DNA of 64,000 nucleotides from Candidatus Thermosaccharophagus tengchongensis. Lineage in GTDB: Bacteria > Armatimonadota > Fervidibacteria > Fervidibacterales > Thermosaccharophagaceae. A program made the translations under genes and the position numbers. Below are positions 18,519-28,098 of the stretch, piece by piece. The notes beneath the pieces are model-generated. The model had not been told where the DNA came from, searched no databases, and saw only the letters and a program-made list of their open reading frames with translations. Where the stretch lies: the NCBI GenBank assembly GCA_032161105.1, contig JAVHTD010000012.1. The stretch is one strand, 5' to 3'. The number at the start of each line of letters is the position of its first letter. Position 1 is the first letter of the stretch.

Positions 18519-19964
18519 ATGGAGGAATATGCAAAGAGGGTGCTTGAATGGTGTATGGCTGATAGGATCAGTTATGCGGATGTGCGTGTTGTTGAAACCC
18601 GCTTTGAAGAGCTGGTCGTCAAGAATGGGCAGCCCGAGGTTATAAGGTCAAGCTGCACGGTTGGATTTGGCGTGCGCCTGATTTGCGATGGCGCATGGGG
18701 ATTCGCAAGCAGCTCAAGGTTGAGTGATGATGAAGGTAAGAGCGTAGCCAAGTTAGCAATTGAGGTAGCCAAAGCAAGCGCCGTTCAAAAGAAGCGCGAT
18801 GTCATCCTTGCCCCCGTGAAGCCTGTAAGGGCAAAACACAAAACGCCCATTGAGATTGACCCCTTTGAGGTGCCATTGGAAGAGCGCCTTTCGCTGCTCA
18901 TGCGCGCTGACGAGTTAATGCGCTCAGTTGAAGGCATACAAGTCAGCGAGGCATGCATGTCCCTTTGGCGCCAGAAGAAGTTGTTTGTGAGCACCGAAGG
19001 CAGCGTGATTGAGCAGGAGAGGGTCGAAGTCGGTGCTGGAATAACGGCAACCGCAGTGAGAGGGAGCGATGTGCAGCGCCGTTCATATCCGGCGGCACAT
19101 GGCGGAAACTTCGCAGCGAGGGGATACGAATTCATCCTATCGCTGAATTTGGAGGAACATGCCCGGCGCATCGCCATGGAGGCAGTCCGGCTGCTTGATG
19201 CCGAGCCGTGTCCGTCAACAGTCACGACAGTTATACTTGGCTCAAACCAAATGGCATTGCAAGTTCACGAATCATGTGGTCATCCAACGGAACTTGATAG
19301 GGTGCTCGGAACGGAGGCGAGCTTCGCTGGCACGAGCTTCCTCACTCCGGACAAGCTCGGCAAGTTTGAATATGGCTCTCCCATAGTCAACATTGTCGCC
19401 GACGCCACAATCGAGGGTTCTCTCGGTGGTTTTGCACACGATGATGAGGGAGTCCCCGGGCAGCGCTTCCACCTCGTCAAGGATGGCATATTCGTTGGAT
19501 ACCTGACCTCGCGCGAGACCGCCCCTTTGATAGGGTTGAGCGAGAGCAATGGCACTATGCGTGCCGAAAACTACAACGCCATACCGCTCATCAGAATGAC
19601 GAACATCAACTTGGAGCCGGGTGACTGCACGCTTGAAGAAATGATAAGCGATGTGAGTGAGGGCATCTTCATGGACACGAACAAGAGCTGGAGCATTGAT
19701 GACAAGCGCCTCAACTTCCAATTCGGGTGCGAGATAGGGTGGCTAATACGAAACGGCAAGCTGACAAAGATGATTAAGAACCCGACATACACCGGCATCA
19801 CATATGAGTTTTGGAGGAGTTGTGATGCCATTGGGAATGAGAGCGAATGGCAGCTTTGGGGATTGCCGAATTGTGGCAAGGGTGAGCCGATGCAGACGAT
19901 GCATGTTGGGCATGGAGTTCCGCCGGCGCGCTTCAGAAATGTTCGCGTCGGTGTGGTGAAGTGA
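18519..19964 (+). CDS. tldD: TldD/PmbA-family metalloprotease
   Basis: 481 aa. HESCGH (HExxxH) motif, C-terminal GVPPARFRNVRV typical of TldD. Confidence 0.85.
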   Translation: MEEYAKRVLEWCMADRISYADVRVVETRFEELVVKNGQPEVIRSSCTVGFGVRLICDGAWGFASSSRLSDDEGKSVAKLAIEVAKASAVQKKRDVILAPVKPVRAKHKTPIEIDPFEVPLEERLSLLMRADELMRSVEGIQVSEACMSLWRQKKLFVSTEGSVIEQERVEVGAGITATAVRGSDVQRRSYPAAHGGNFAARGYEFILSLNLEEHARRIAMEAVRLLDAEPCPSTVTTVILGSNQMALQVHESCGHPTELDRVLGTEASFAGTSFLTPDKLGKFEYGSPIVNIVADATIEGSLGGFAHDDEGVPGQRFHLVKDGIFVGYLTSRETAPLIGLSESNGTMRAENYNAIPLIRMTNINLEPGDCTLEEMISDVSEGIFMDTNKSWSIDDKRLNFQFGCEIGWLIRNGKLTKMIKNPTYTGITYEFWRSCDAIGNESEWQLWGLPNCGKGEPMQTMHVGHGVPPARFRNVRVGVVK

Positions 19965-19976
19965 ACCCCAAGTCAG

Positions 19977-21365
19977 GTGGTAGGAATGCATCCCATTTCG
20001 GCTTCATCCGCTCACAAGTTGAGCCATGTTGGCGATCGCAGCCGTTCAAACACTCTGCGCCGCAGCATATCCATGAGTGAGGACGAGTTTGAGCTGCTGC
20101 TTGACTGTGTTCGCTGTGGCTTTTGCTTGGCGACTTGCCCCATGTTTATGCAGACGCTTGATGAGGCTGATTCACCGCGGGGCAGGTTGCACCTTTTGCG
20201 GGCGCTTGCCGAAAATAGAGCAAGCCCAACTGATGCCCTGCTAAGGCACCTTGATACATGCTTAGCCTGCAGGGCTTGCCAGAGCGCATGCCCATCGGGA
20301 GTGCGTTACGGCTCCCTTATTGAGCTTGCGAGGGCAAGGCTTGAGGAGATGGGGCTCGGTGTGACCAGACGCAACCTATTGCTCAAGGTGCTCATCAGGC
20401 ATGTTTTCCCTTACAGGCATCGTTTCAATGCGCTCATTCTATTCGTGGAGATGGCGAGGGTATTGGGGCTTGTGAAGCTGGCAAGATGGCTCTCCGGATG
20501 CACCGGCGATGCTCATTGGCTTCACGGATGGTTGCAGATTGAAGGCATGTTGCCCGACCGCCGTCAAAGGAGCGCGTGCTATGATGGTAAGACCGTCATA
20601 CCACCGAAAGGGAAGCGCAGGATGAGGGTGGGATTCCTTCTGGGGTGCGCCTCAGATGTGCTGCTAAGGGGGGTCAATGAGGCAACAGTCAAGGTCCTTT
20701 CGCATCTTGGCTGCGAAGTGATCATACCGAGGGGGCAAACTTGCTGTGGTGCGATAGCAATCCATGCCGGCTTTGGGGAGGATGCCAAACGCTTTGCGAG
20801 GCGCAACATTGAGGCGTTTGAAGGGCATGGGCTTGATGCCATAGTTACAAATGCAGCTGGCTGCGGTGCAGCAATGAAGGAGTATGCGCAATGGCTAAGC
20901 GATGATGAGTTGTTCGGCGAACGGGCAAAGGCGTTCTCATCCCTCGTGCGCGATTTCAACGAACTCATTTTTGAGCTTCCGTTTGCAGACGACTTGAAGC
21001 CCATCCACATGCGAGTCACTTACGATGACCCATGCCACTTGTTGCATGCTCAGGGTATAAGGGAGCAACCGAGGAGGCTCATCACGGCTATACCCTCAAT
21101 TGAGTTTGTTGAGCTTGAGGAATCGGATGTGTGCTGCGGAAGCGCCGGAATCTACGGGCTGATGTTCCACGAGAATTCAATGTGGCTGCTTGAGCGCAAG
21201 TTGGAGCGGATAAGGCAATCAGGAGCTGATGCCATAGTGACTGCAAACACCGGTTGCCAACTGCAGCTGCAGTATGGCGTTAAGCGCTATGGTTTAAATG
21301 TGAAGGTGATGCACATTGCTGAGTTGCTCGCATTGTCGTATGGGCTTGATGGAGTGATGAGATGA
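19977..21365 (+). CDS. (Fe-S)-binding oxidoreductase, GlcF / heterodisulfide-reductase-like (two CCG domains)
   Basis: CVRCGFCLATCP and CLACRACQSACP ferredoxin motifs. Two CCG motifs (TCCGAIA, VCCGSAG). The start may be the ATG at 20073. Confidence 0.8.
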   Translation: MVGMHPISASSAHKLSHVGDRSRSNTLRRSISMSEDEFELLLDCVRCGFCLATCPMFMQTLDEADSPRGRLHLLRALAENRASPTDALLRHLDTCLACRACQSACPSGVRYGSLIELARARLEEMGLGVTRRNLLLKVLIRHVFPYRHRFNALILFVEMARVLGLVKLARWLSGCTGDAHWLHGWLQIEGMLPDRRQRSACYDGKTVIPPKGKRRMRVGFLLGCASDVLLRGVNEATVKVLSHLGCEVIIPRGQTCCGAIAIHAGFGEDAKRFARRNIEAFEGHGLDAIVTNAAGCGAAMKEYAQWLSDDELFGERAKAFSSLVRDFNELIFELPFADDLKPIHMRVTYDDPCHLLHAQGIREQPRRLITAIPSIEFVELEESDVCCGSAGIYGLMFHENSMWLLERKLERIRQSGADAIVTANTGCQLQLQYGVKRYGLNVKVMHIAELLALSYGLDGVMR

Positions 21366-23053
21366 TGAGCTGCGAGCATTATGACGGGAAAGTTTGGCTC
21401 AAACGCTATCCGAAGGGTGTCCCGCCATCGCTTCAATATCCCGAAGTGCCGCTTGATGCCATTTTGAGTGAAGCGTCAATGCGCCATCGCGGCAATGCAG
21501 CCACAGTCTTCTACGGTGCACGCATGAACTACGGCGAGCTTGATGAGCTCGCCTCAAAGTTTGCGTGTGCCATTCAAAGGCTCGGATTGGACTTCGGGGA
21601 TAGGGTTGCGTTAATGCTGCCGAATTGCCCGCAGTTCATAATCGCGTATTACGGGGCTATAAGGGCTGGCTGCACAGTCGTCCCTTTAAACCCGCTGATG
21701 AGTTGGTATGAGCTTAACGCCCTGATGAGGGATTGCGGCGCAAGAGCCATCGTTGCTTTGGACGCGCTTATGGACAAGGTCAGCGCAGCGCTGCACGGCA
21801 CTGCAGTTGAGCACATTGTTGTATCATCGCTTGCAGGGTATGTGCCGGCATGGTTGAGCTTGCCCATATGGCTCAAGACTCGTCCCAAAGGAAAAGTTGA
21901 GCTTCCGAGCAATGTTAGCTTGCACCAGTTTGAGCAGCTTCTGCGAACGCAGGGTAAGCCAGCATCGCGCAGCGTTAATCCGCGCGATGATGTAGCCGTT
22001 TTCCAATACACTGGCGGGACGACCGGGCTGCCAAAGGCTGCCATGTTAACCCACTACAACCTTGTGGCTAATGCTTACCAGTGCAGTGCTTGGGCGACGG
22101 AGTTGAAGGACGGCGAGGAGAGGTTCATCTGTGTCCTTCCCTTCTTCCATTCCTACGGGATGACAACCTGCTTGAACTTTGGCGTGCTTAAGTGCGCTGC
22201 GCTTATCCTGACGCCGAGGTTTGACATTGCGGAGACGGTGAAGCTCATCTCAAGGTATCGTGTCACCGTCTTCATGGGTGTCCCGAGCATGTATGGCGCA
22301 GTTAGCCATCACGCACAGCGCGGCAGGGTTGACATCACATCAATCAAGGCATGCATCAGCGGCGGCGCACCCCTGCCGATGCAAGTTGCGGTTGAGTTTG
22401 AGCGCCTGACTGGTGGCAGGCTCGTTGAGGGCTACGGCTTGACCGAGGCTTCTCCGGTGACACACATCAACCCGATTTGGGGTGGAGAGGTGAGGATGGG
22501 CAGCATAGGCTTGCCCGTTCCGGACACCGAATGCAGGGTGATGGATTTGGAGACCGGCACAAGGTGCGTTCCAGTCGGTGAGGTGGGTGAGCTCTCCATA
22601 AAAGGTCCGCAGGTGATGAAGGGCTATTGGAACAGACCCGAGGAGACAGCGCAAACGCTTCGCGAGGGCTGGCTATACACTGGCGATATCGCAAAGATGG
22701 ACAGCGATGGCTACTTCTACATCGTTGACCGAAAGAAGGATTTGATCATCGTCGGCGGGTTCAACATCTATCCGAGGGAAGTTGAGGAAGTGCTTTACAG
22801 TCACCCGAAGGTTAAAGAGGCTGCTGTGGTGGGGGAAAGGCATCCGGTGCGTGGCGAGATCGTCAAAGCTTATGTTGTGCTGCGTGAGGGGCAGGAGGCA
22901 TCCGAGGTTGAGCTAATTGAGTTCTGCCGCGAGAGGTTATCGCCGTATAAGGTTCCGAGGGCGATTGAGTTTGTAAGCGAGTTGCCAAAGTCAGCCATCG
23001 GGAAGGTGCTCCGCAGGGTGCTCAGGGAAAAGGAGGAGCACAAGAGCCATTAG
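21362..23053 (+). CDS. long-chain fatty-acid--CoA ligase (AMP-binding family)
   Basis: FQYTGGTTGLPKAAMLTH, GYGLTE, YTGDIAKMDSDGYFYIVDRKKDLI. The start overlaps the upstream stop. Confidence 0.9.
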   Translation: MMSCEHYDGKVWLKRYPKGVPPSLQYPEVPLDAILSEASMRHRGNAATVFYGARMNYGELDELASKFACAIQRLGLDFGDRVALMLPNCPQFIIAYYGAIRAGCTVVPLNPLMSWYELNALMRDCGARAIVALDALMDKVSAALHGTAVEHIVVSSLAGYVPAWLSLPIWLKTRPKGKVELPSNVSLHQFEQLLRTQGKPASRSVNPRDDVAVFQYTGGTTGLPKAAMLTHYNLVANAYQCSAWATELKDGEERFICVLPFFHSYGMTTCLNFGVLKCAALILTPRFDIAETVKLISRYRVTVFMGVPSMYGAVSHHAQRGRVDITSIKACISGGAPLPMQVAVEFERLTGGRLVEGYGLTEASPVTHINPIWGGEVRMGSIGLPVPDTECRVMDLETGTRCVPVGEVGELSIKGPQVMKGYWNRPEETAQTLREGWLYTGDIAKMDSDGYFYIVDRKKDLIIVGGFNIYPREVEEVLYSHPKVKEAAVVGERHPVRGEIVKAYVVLREGQEASEVELIEFCRERLSPYKVPRAIEFVSELPKSAIGKVLRRVLREKEEHKSH

Positions 23054-23148
23054 ACAATTGTGCTTTAGATGGCGAGTTGGCAGCGGATGCAGAGCGGGCA
23101 TGAATAGTGCGAACAATTGCCCCATTGAAGCCCCGATGAGGGTGATGG

Positions 23149-24036
23149 GTGACAACGGACATGAGCGTGTTGAGGGTCCTTGTGACGGGCGCTTCTGGAC
23201 AGCTCGGCAGTGACCTCATTGGTAAGCTCATTGAGCGCTCACATGATGTTGTGGCGCTATCGCGCTCCGAGCTTGATATCACAAACCGCGAAGCGATGAC
23301 CGCAGCCATTGAGCGACATCGTCCGGATGTGTTGATCAATTGTGCGGCTATGGTGAATGTGGATGCCTGTGAGCGTGATGTGGAGAGCGCCATCAAAGTC
23401 AACGCGCTTGCAGTTTGGCACATTGCCATTCAATGCTCAAGGGCTAAAGCCAAGCTTGTGCAAATAAGCACTGACTTTGTGTTTGATGGCGAGAAGGGTT
23501 CGCCATACACTGAGCATGATCCGCCTAACCCAATCAACATCTATGGGCTTACAAAGCTGGTTGGTGAGATGTTTGCGCGCAACTACTGCGATGACCATCT
23601 CATAGTGCGCACTGCTGGGCTTTATGGGACTCGCGGCAGCCGATCCAAAGGTGGCAACTTCGTTGACTTCGTCGTCGGTGCAGCGATGAGGAAAGAACCG
23701 TTGCGACTTGTCACCGACATAGTGACAAGCCCAACATTCACACACGACTTGGCTTTGAAGCTATGTGAGCTCATTGATGCTGGCGCTCGTGGGGTTGTTC
23801 ATGTGGCGAATTCCGGGCAATGCAGTTGGCATGAATTTGCGACATTCGCTTTAAGCCTTTTGGGTCTGGATGCCGATGTCGTTCCAATTTCATCCGGTGA
23901 ACTTTCCCTCCATGCGCGCCGCCCAAAGTGCACACCGCTGATCAGCGTTCGTCTAAGCGAGTTTGGGATTGAGCCGTTGAGGGATTGGCGTGAGGCGCTT
24001 GCCGATTACCTCATCGCTAAGGGCTTGCTAAGGTGA
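23149..24036 (+). CDS. rfbD: dTDP-4-dehydrorhamnose reductase
   Basis: VLVTGASGQLG, YGLTKLVGE (YxxxK), overall RmlD length and pattern. An alternative ATG is at 23161. Confidence 0.8.
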   Translation: MTTDMSVLRVLVTGASGQLGSDLIGKLIERSHDVVALSRSELDITNREAMTAAIERHRPDVLINCAAMVNVDACERDVESAIKVNALAVWHIAIQCSRAKAKLVQISTDFVFDGEKGSPYTEHDPPNPINIYGLTKLVGEMFARNYCDDHLIVRTAGLYGTRGSRSKGGNFVDFVVGAAMRKEPLRLVTDIVTSPTFTHDLALKLCELIDAGARGVVHVANSGQCSWHEFATFALSLLGLDADVVPISSGELSLHARRPKCTPLISVRLSEFGIEPLRDWREALADYLIAKGLLR

Positions 24037-24058
24037 CAGCTTGTGTGAGGTGAGATAG

Positions 24059-24847
24059 ATGAGGGGGAGTTTGCTATGTTTGCAGTTTGCGCTCATGCTT
24101 GCGTGTGCACAAGCATTTGCTCAGCCGAAGGGCTATGTCATCCACGCGGAGGTTTCTGGTGGTTCTGATGGCAGCAAGGAAGTCAAACCGATGTCGGAAG
24201 TGACTTACATAAGTGGCGAGAGGTTGCGCTATGAGCTCAGAGATGTGATTGTAATCGCCAACACGAAGAGCGGTGAGGTCGTGATCATTTCACAATCTCG
24301 CCGTGAGTATACCGTTGTCAATCTTGAGCGCCTGCTACAGCTTTCCGAGAATATGCGCAAGGCGCTTGATGAGCAGCTAAAGAAGCTGGAGGAACGCATG
24401 AAGGAAGCCAAACCCGAGGAGAAGCAAAAGCTGATGCAAGCGCTTGCCATGCTTGCCTTCATGAATCAGATGTTTAAGTCGGTCGTAGTTAAGGACGGTG
24501 GTATGGATAGGATTGCTGGGTATGTATGCAAGCGGCTTCAAGTGTTTGGAGATGGCAGTTTGGTTGCCGAGCTCTGGTTTTGTGAAGCTCTGAAAGTTGC
24601 TGTGGATGTCAACAAGCTCATGAGCATAGCGTTTGCGTTAACGCCTGTCCCGGCGATGGTGCGCCAAATTTACGAAGCCGTTGTGGGGAGAGCTGTTGGG
24701 CTGCCGATGAGACAGGAGCTGTATAAGCCTGTGCGCATGAGGCGCATCGTCAAAAAAGTTGAGGTCAAGCCCCTCAAGGAAAGCCTATTTGCTCCGCCAA
24801 AGTATTACACGAAGGTGGATTTTGAGAAAGTGATACCGAGCCGTTGA
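24059..24847 (+). CDS. secreted hypothetical protein (possibly DUF4412-like)
   Basis: Signal peptide LLCLQFALMLACAQAFAQ. Central Lys/Glu-rich helix. The family assignment is tentative. Confidence 0.45.
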   Translation: MRGSLLCLQFALMLACAQAFAQPKGYVIHAEVSGGSDGSKEVKPMSEVTYISGERLRYELRDVIVIANTKSGEVVIISQSRREYTVVNLERLLQLSENMRKALDEQLKKLEERMKEAKPEEKQKLMQALAMLAFMNQMFKSVVVKDGGMDRIAGYVCKRLQVFGDGSLVAELWFCEALKVAVDVNKLMSIAFALTPVPAMVRQIYEAVVGRAVGLPMRQELYKPVRMRRIVKKVEVKPLKESLFAPPKYYTKVDFEKVIPSR

Positions 24848-24880
24848 TCTGGGAAGCCTGCGGTGGCTTTGCTACGGTGC

Positions 24881-24909
24881 TTTACGATGTAGCTGCTTGA
24901 TGTTAAAAT
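24881..24909 (+). promoter_or_regulatory. candidate sigma-70 promoter of the tRNA cluster
   Basis: TTTACG (24881-24886), a 17-nt spacer, then TAAAAT (24904-24909), 15 nt upstream of the first tRNA. Confidence 0.4.
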
Positions 24910-24924
24910 GAAAGGTAGCACGGT

Positions 24925-25019
24925 GGAGGGATGCGCCGAGTGGCTAAGGCGGCGGCCTGCTAAGCCGTAGGGGGGTTGTGAAGCCTCCCTCCCGGGTTCG
25001 AATCCCGGTCCCTCCGCCA
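24925..25019 (+). tRNA. tRNA-Ser (anticodon GCT), CCA encoded
   Basis: Acceptor GGAGGGA/TCCCTCC, anticodon loop CTGCTAA, long variable arm, T-loop GGTTCGAATCC, 3' GCCA. Confidence 0.9.
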
Positions 25020-25025
25020 TTTGGC

Positions 25026-25103
25026 GCGCCCGTAGCTCAGCTGGAATAGAGCACGGGACTACGGATCCCGGGGTCGGGGGTTCGAATCCCTCCGGGCGCG
25101 CCA
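25026..25103 (+). tRNA. tRNA-Arg (anticodon ACG), CCA encoded
   Basis: Acceptor GCGCCCG/CGGGCGC, D-arm GCTCAGCTGGAATAGAGC, anticodon stem-loop CGGGA-CTACGGA-TCCCG, T-arm GGGGGTTCGAATCCCTC. Confidence 0.92.
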
Positions 25104-25126
25104 ATATGCTTTAGCTGTTGTGGTAT

Positions 25127-25200
25127 GCGCCCGTAGCTCAGTCGGACAGAGCGCTGGCCTCCGGAGCCAGAGGTCGCGCGTTCGAATCGCGCCGGGCGCA
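25127..25200 (+). tRNA. tRNA-Arg (anticodon CCG), CCA not encoded
   Basis: Acceptor GCGCCCG/CGGGCGC, anticodon stem-loop CTGGC-CTCCGGA-GCCAG, T-arm GCGCGTTCGAATCGCGC. Confidence 0.92.
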
Positions 25201-25245
25201 TGTGATTGCGTAAAATTTGGGCGCGCTCATTTTTGGAGTAACGAT

Positions 25246-25318
25246 GCCCCTGTAGCTCAAGAGGATAGAGTGGCGGCCTCCTAAGCCGCAGATCCCGGTT
25301 CGAGTCCGGGCAGGGGCA
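25246..25318 (+). tRNA. tRNA-Arg (anticodon CCT), CCA not encoded
   Basis: Acceptor GCCCCTG/CAGGGGC, anticodon stem-loop GCGGC-CTCCTAA-GCCGC, T-arm CCCGGTTCGAGTCCGGG. Confidence 0.9.
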
Positions 25319-25367
25319 CTTAGATTTTAAAGCCCTGCCGAATCGCTTGCGCCGGTGTCGGTGAAGT

Positions 25368-25868
25368 GTGATGACTCCCCAAGCATCAAGCGGTGTGATA
25401 AGCTTTAAGGCATTCGCCTCAAGTGAGGATGTAGCGTTTATGCGCCTCGCAATTGAGGAGGCGATGAAAGCCTTTGAGTGCGGTGAAGTCCCCGTCGGCG
25501 CCATCGTCGTGTGCGATGGCAAGGTGATAGCCAAAGCGCATAACATGCGCGAGAGGTTAAAGTCACCACTGGCGCACGCCGAGATGCTTGCTATGGAAGC
25601 CGCAGCCAGTGCACTTGGCGATTGGCGTCTCAACGGGGCAACACTTTATGTCACGCTTGAGCCATGCCCAATGTGTGCTGGGGCGATGATTCAAGCGAGG
25701 CTTGGGAGGTTGGTATTTGGGGCATATGATGAGAGAGCCGGTGCGGCTGGGTCGGTTATCAACCTGTTTGGCTTGAGCGCCTACGATGGCATTGTCGCAG
25801 TCGTTGGCGGTGTGCTGAGCGAGGAGTGCGCCAACTTGCTTCGGCGCTTCTTTGAGCAGCGCCGATGA
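25368..25868 (+). CDS. tadA: tRNA-specific adenosine deaminase TadA
   Basis: FMRLAIEEA, VPVGAIVV, zinc motifs HAEMLAM and PCPMCAGA. The true start may be the ATG at 25440. Confidence 0.9.
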   Translation: MMTPQASSGVISFKAFASSEDVAFMRLAIEEAMKAFECGEVPVGAIVVCDGKVIAKAHNMRERLKSPLAHAEMLAMEAAASALGDWRLNGATLYVTLEPCPMCAGAMIQARLGRLVFGAYDERAGAAGSVINLFGLSAYDGIVAVVGGVLSEECANLLRRFFEQRR

Positions 25869-25915
25869 GCCGTTGGGAAAAGCAGCTCTGATAACGCATC
25901 GTAAGAGGGTTTATC

Positions 25916-26980
25916 ATGCGGATGACTTCTCGTGAGCGTCTCCTGTGCGCCTTTTCGTGTGGCACGCCTGATAGGGTTCCGGTTTCGCCTCAGGGGTTCG
26001 GGAGGATTGACCCAAACAGCGAGCTTGCAGGGATGCTCATTGAGCGCACTGACATCATCATTTACTCGGGCAGCGCTTGCAATTGCCTCATTGGGAGTGC
26101 ATTGAAGTTTGATGTTGAGACTGATGGCGATTTGACCATCATCACCTATCACACACCAAAGGGCGATTTGAGGCGCGTTGTGAAGTCAACAGCTGCGACG
26201 AGGGCTACAATTGAGTTCCCGTGCAAGTCACCCGATGATGTGGAGAAGCTGCTCTCAGTGCCATATGTTCCGCCATCCGATGAGGAGCTCAATGCTGCAC
26301 TTGCAAAATTCAACTCGTGGAAGGATAGGCTTGGGGAGGAGGGTATAGTTTTGTGGGATTTGCCAAACGCCGTTTGCCTACCGGCTGAGTGGTTCTCCCC
26401 GGAGGATTTCTGTCTCCTTTGGGCGGATGCGCCGGATGTGATGATTGAGCTTGTGAGGGTGGCGAATGAGCGCCTGATGATGTTTGTTGAGAGGGTTTGC
26501 AGAGCCGGCGTTGATGGCTTTAGGATAGTCGGCGGTGAATATGTTTCCGTTCAGCTCGGTCCGAGTGCATTTGATGTCCTCGTGCGCCAAGTTGATAAGC
26601 ATCTTGTGGCGCTGATGCACGAATACGGTGCAATCGCATACTACCACAATCACGGTCCAATCATGCGCTACCTTGAGATGATTGCCGACATCGGTGTTGA
26701 TGCCCTTGACCCACTTGAAGCGCCACCTTGGGGCGATTGCGATATGGCGGAAGCGAAGAAGTTGCTTCGTGGGAAGGTGTGCATCGTCGGGAATATGGAT
26801 GACATGAATGTGCTAAATCGTGAGCCGCCAGAGGTTGTCCTCCGCATCGGGAAGCAATTGATTGAAGTTGCAGGTCCGGATGGCTTCGTGCTAAGTGGGA
26901 CGGCATCCGGCACTTATGGTGAGAGAGCTGCATTGAACTTTATTGAGCTCACCAAACTCGCGGAGCAAATGGCTGCCTGA
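25916..26980 (+). CDS. uroporphyrinogen-decarboxylase (URO-D) family protein, specific activity unknown
   Basis: N-terminal SRERLLCAFSCGTPDRVPV and C-terminal VCIVGNMD...EPPEVV pattern are typical of the URO-D/MtaA-like TIM-barrel family. No other heme genes are adjacent. Confidence 0.55.
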   Translation: MRMTSRERLLCAFSCGTPDRVPVSPQGFGRIDPNSELAGMLIERTDIIIYSGSACNCLIGSALKFDVETDGDLTIITYHTPKGDLRRVVKSTAATRATIEFPCKSPDDVEKLLSVPYVPPSDEELNAALAKFNSWKDRLGEEGIVLWDLPNAVCLPAEWFSPEDFCLLWADAPDVMIELVRVANERLMMFVERVCRAGVDGFRIVGGEYVSVQLGPSAFDVLVRQVDKHLVALMHEYGAIAYYHNHGPIMRYLEMIADIGVDALDPLEAPPWGDCDMAEAKKLLRGKVCIVGNMDDMNVLNREPPEVVLRIGKQLIEVAGPDGFVLSGTASGTYGERAALNFIELTKLAEQMAA

Positions 26981-27205
26981 GCAATTCAGTTCAACCCCTT
27001 TGGCACTGTTTGACGATTGGCTATCTGCCCTGTCGCCGTTGCATGTTGAGCACCGTCCATATTGTTGAGGCATCAATGCATGGGCGCAATACGATGCTTC
27101 GTATGTGCCTCCTCCAAGCCCCGGATGACAATCGGTGTAGCGATGGCAGCGCCTTTCTCAGCAGCTCCCACCTATAGCGCTCAACCTGTGTTCGCATGCG
27201 CTTCT

Positions 27206-27988
27206 TCAAGATGACCGAGTGCCTGTAACCGCTGCGCATTCCTTCACCTTCCTGCGCCAGTAAAGCCAAATCAGAATTGCCATCCCTATAGCACACGCAA
27301 TTTGTGCCTGCGTCAGCCCGATGGCTGTCACCTTCGCGGAGACGCCCCGCCGGAAAATTTCGTTTGCGAACCTGATGAGCAGGTGAATCATTAAGGCTGC
27401 GATCATCTCCTGACCGAGAAAACTCCTCACTCTGTGGATTCGCCTCAGGATGGCGAATGTGAGCAACGCGCCCACAGCCTCATACAATGGCACTGGGTGC
27501 GATGGCGGTGTCATAGTTCCTTCCTCAGTCAGGAAACGCATTGCCCAAGGTAAGTTAGTTGGATACCCAATGCAGCATCCGTTGAAGAAGCAACCGACCC
27601 TCCCAAGCGCGTAAGCCAGCATATAGCCCTGTGAAAGTGCATCGCCGACTTCCCAAAAGTTGACATTGCTCGCCCTGCAGAGCAGCGCAAGGCTGGCTAT
27701 ACCGCCGATGAGTGCTCCAAAGAGTGACAAGCCGCCAGCGCGCAGGTTGAGAACGCTCAGCAGGTCATCAGCATACTCCTCCCAATTGAGCGCAACATAT
27801 AAGAGGCGTGCGCAAATAATTCCTGAGGGGATGACAGCGAGGGCTGCCGTGCTGACGAACTCAGACGGCAAATTGCGCCTTTGAAACTCGCGCCTTGACC
27901 ATGCCAAACCGACAATCAAGCCGAGCGCAATTGCTACGCCGTATGTGCGTATTTCAAATGAGCCGATGCGAATCAGAGTCGGATGCAT
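27206..27988 (-). CDS. lgt: prolipoprotein diacylglyceryl transferase
   Basis: IGSFEIRTYGVAIALG N-terminus, GRVGCFFNGCCIGYPT signature, multiple TM segments. The ORF opens at 28045; the ATG at 27988 gives the canonical N-terminus. Confidence 0.85.
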   Translation of the reverse strand: MHPTLIRIGSFEIRTYGVAIALGLIVGLAWSRREFQRRNLPSEFVSTAALAVIPSGIICARLLYVALNWEEYADDLLSVLNLRAGGLSLFGALIGGIASLALLCRASNVNFWEVGDALSQGYMLAYALGRVGCFFNGCCIGYPTNLPWAMRFLTEEGTMTPPSHPVPLYEAVGALLTFAILRRIHRVRSFLGQEMIAALMIHLLIRFANEIFRRGVSAKVTAIGLTQAQIACAIGMAILIWLYWRRKVKECAAVTGTRSS

Positions 27989-28098
27989 TGGGCACAATGC
28001 ATCTCCTCTCGGATTAAGCCAAGTGGCGAAACATGGCATCGTCATTGCATTGTATCACTTCCGCATGGCATTGGAGAGCGTGTGCCAGAGGTGAGGAG

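Noticed and set aside
25037-25633. 198-aa minus-strand ORF spanning the tRNA cluster and the tadA 5' end
   Set aside because: It overlaps four well-folded tRNA genes and the tadA gene on the opposite strand. It is an artefact.
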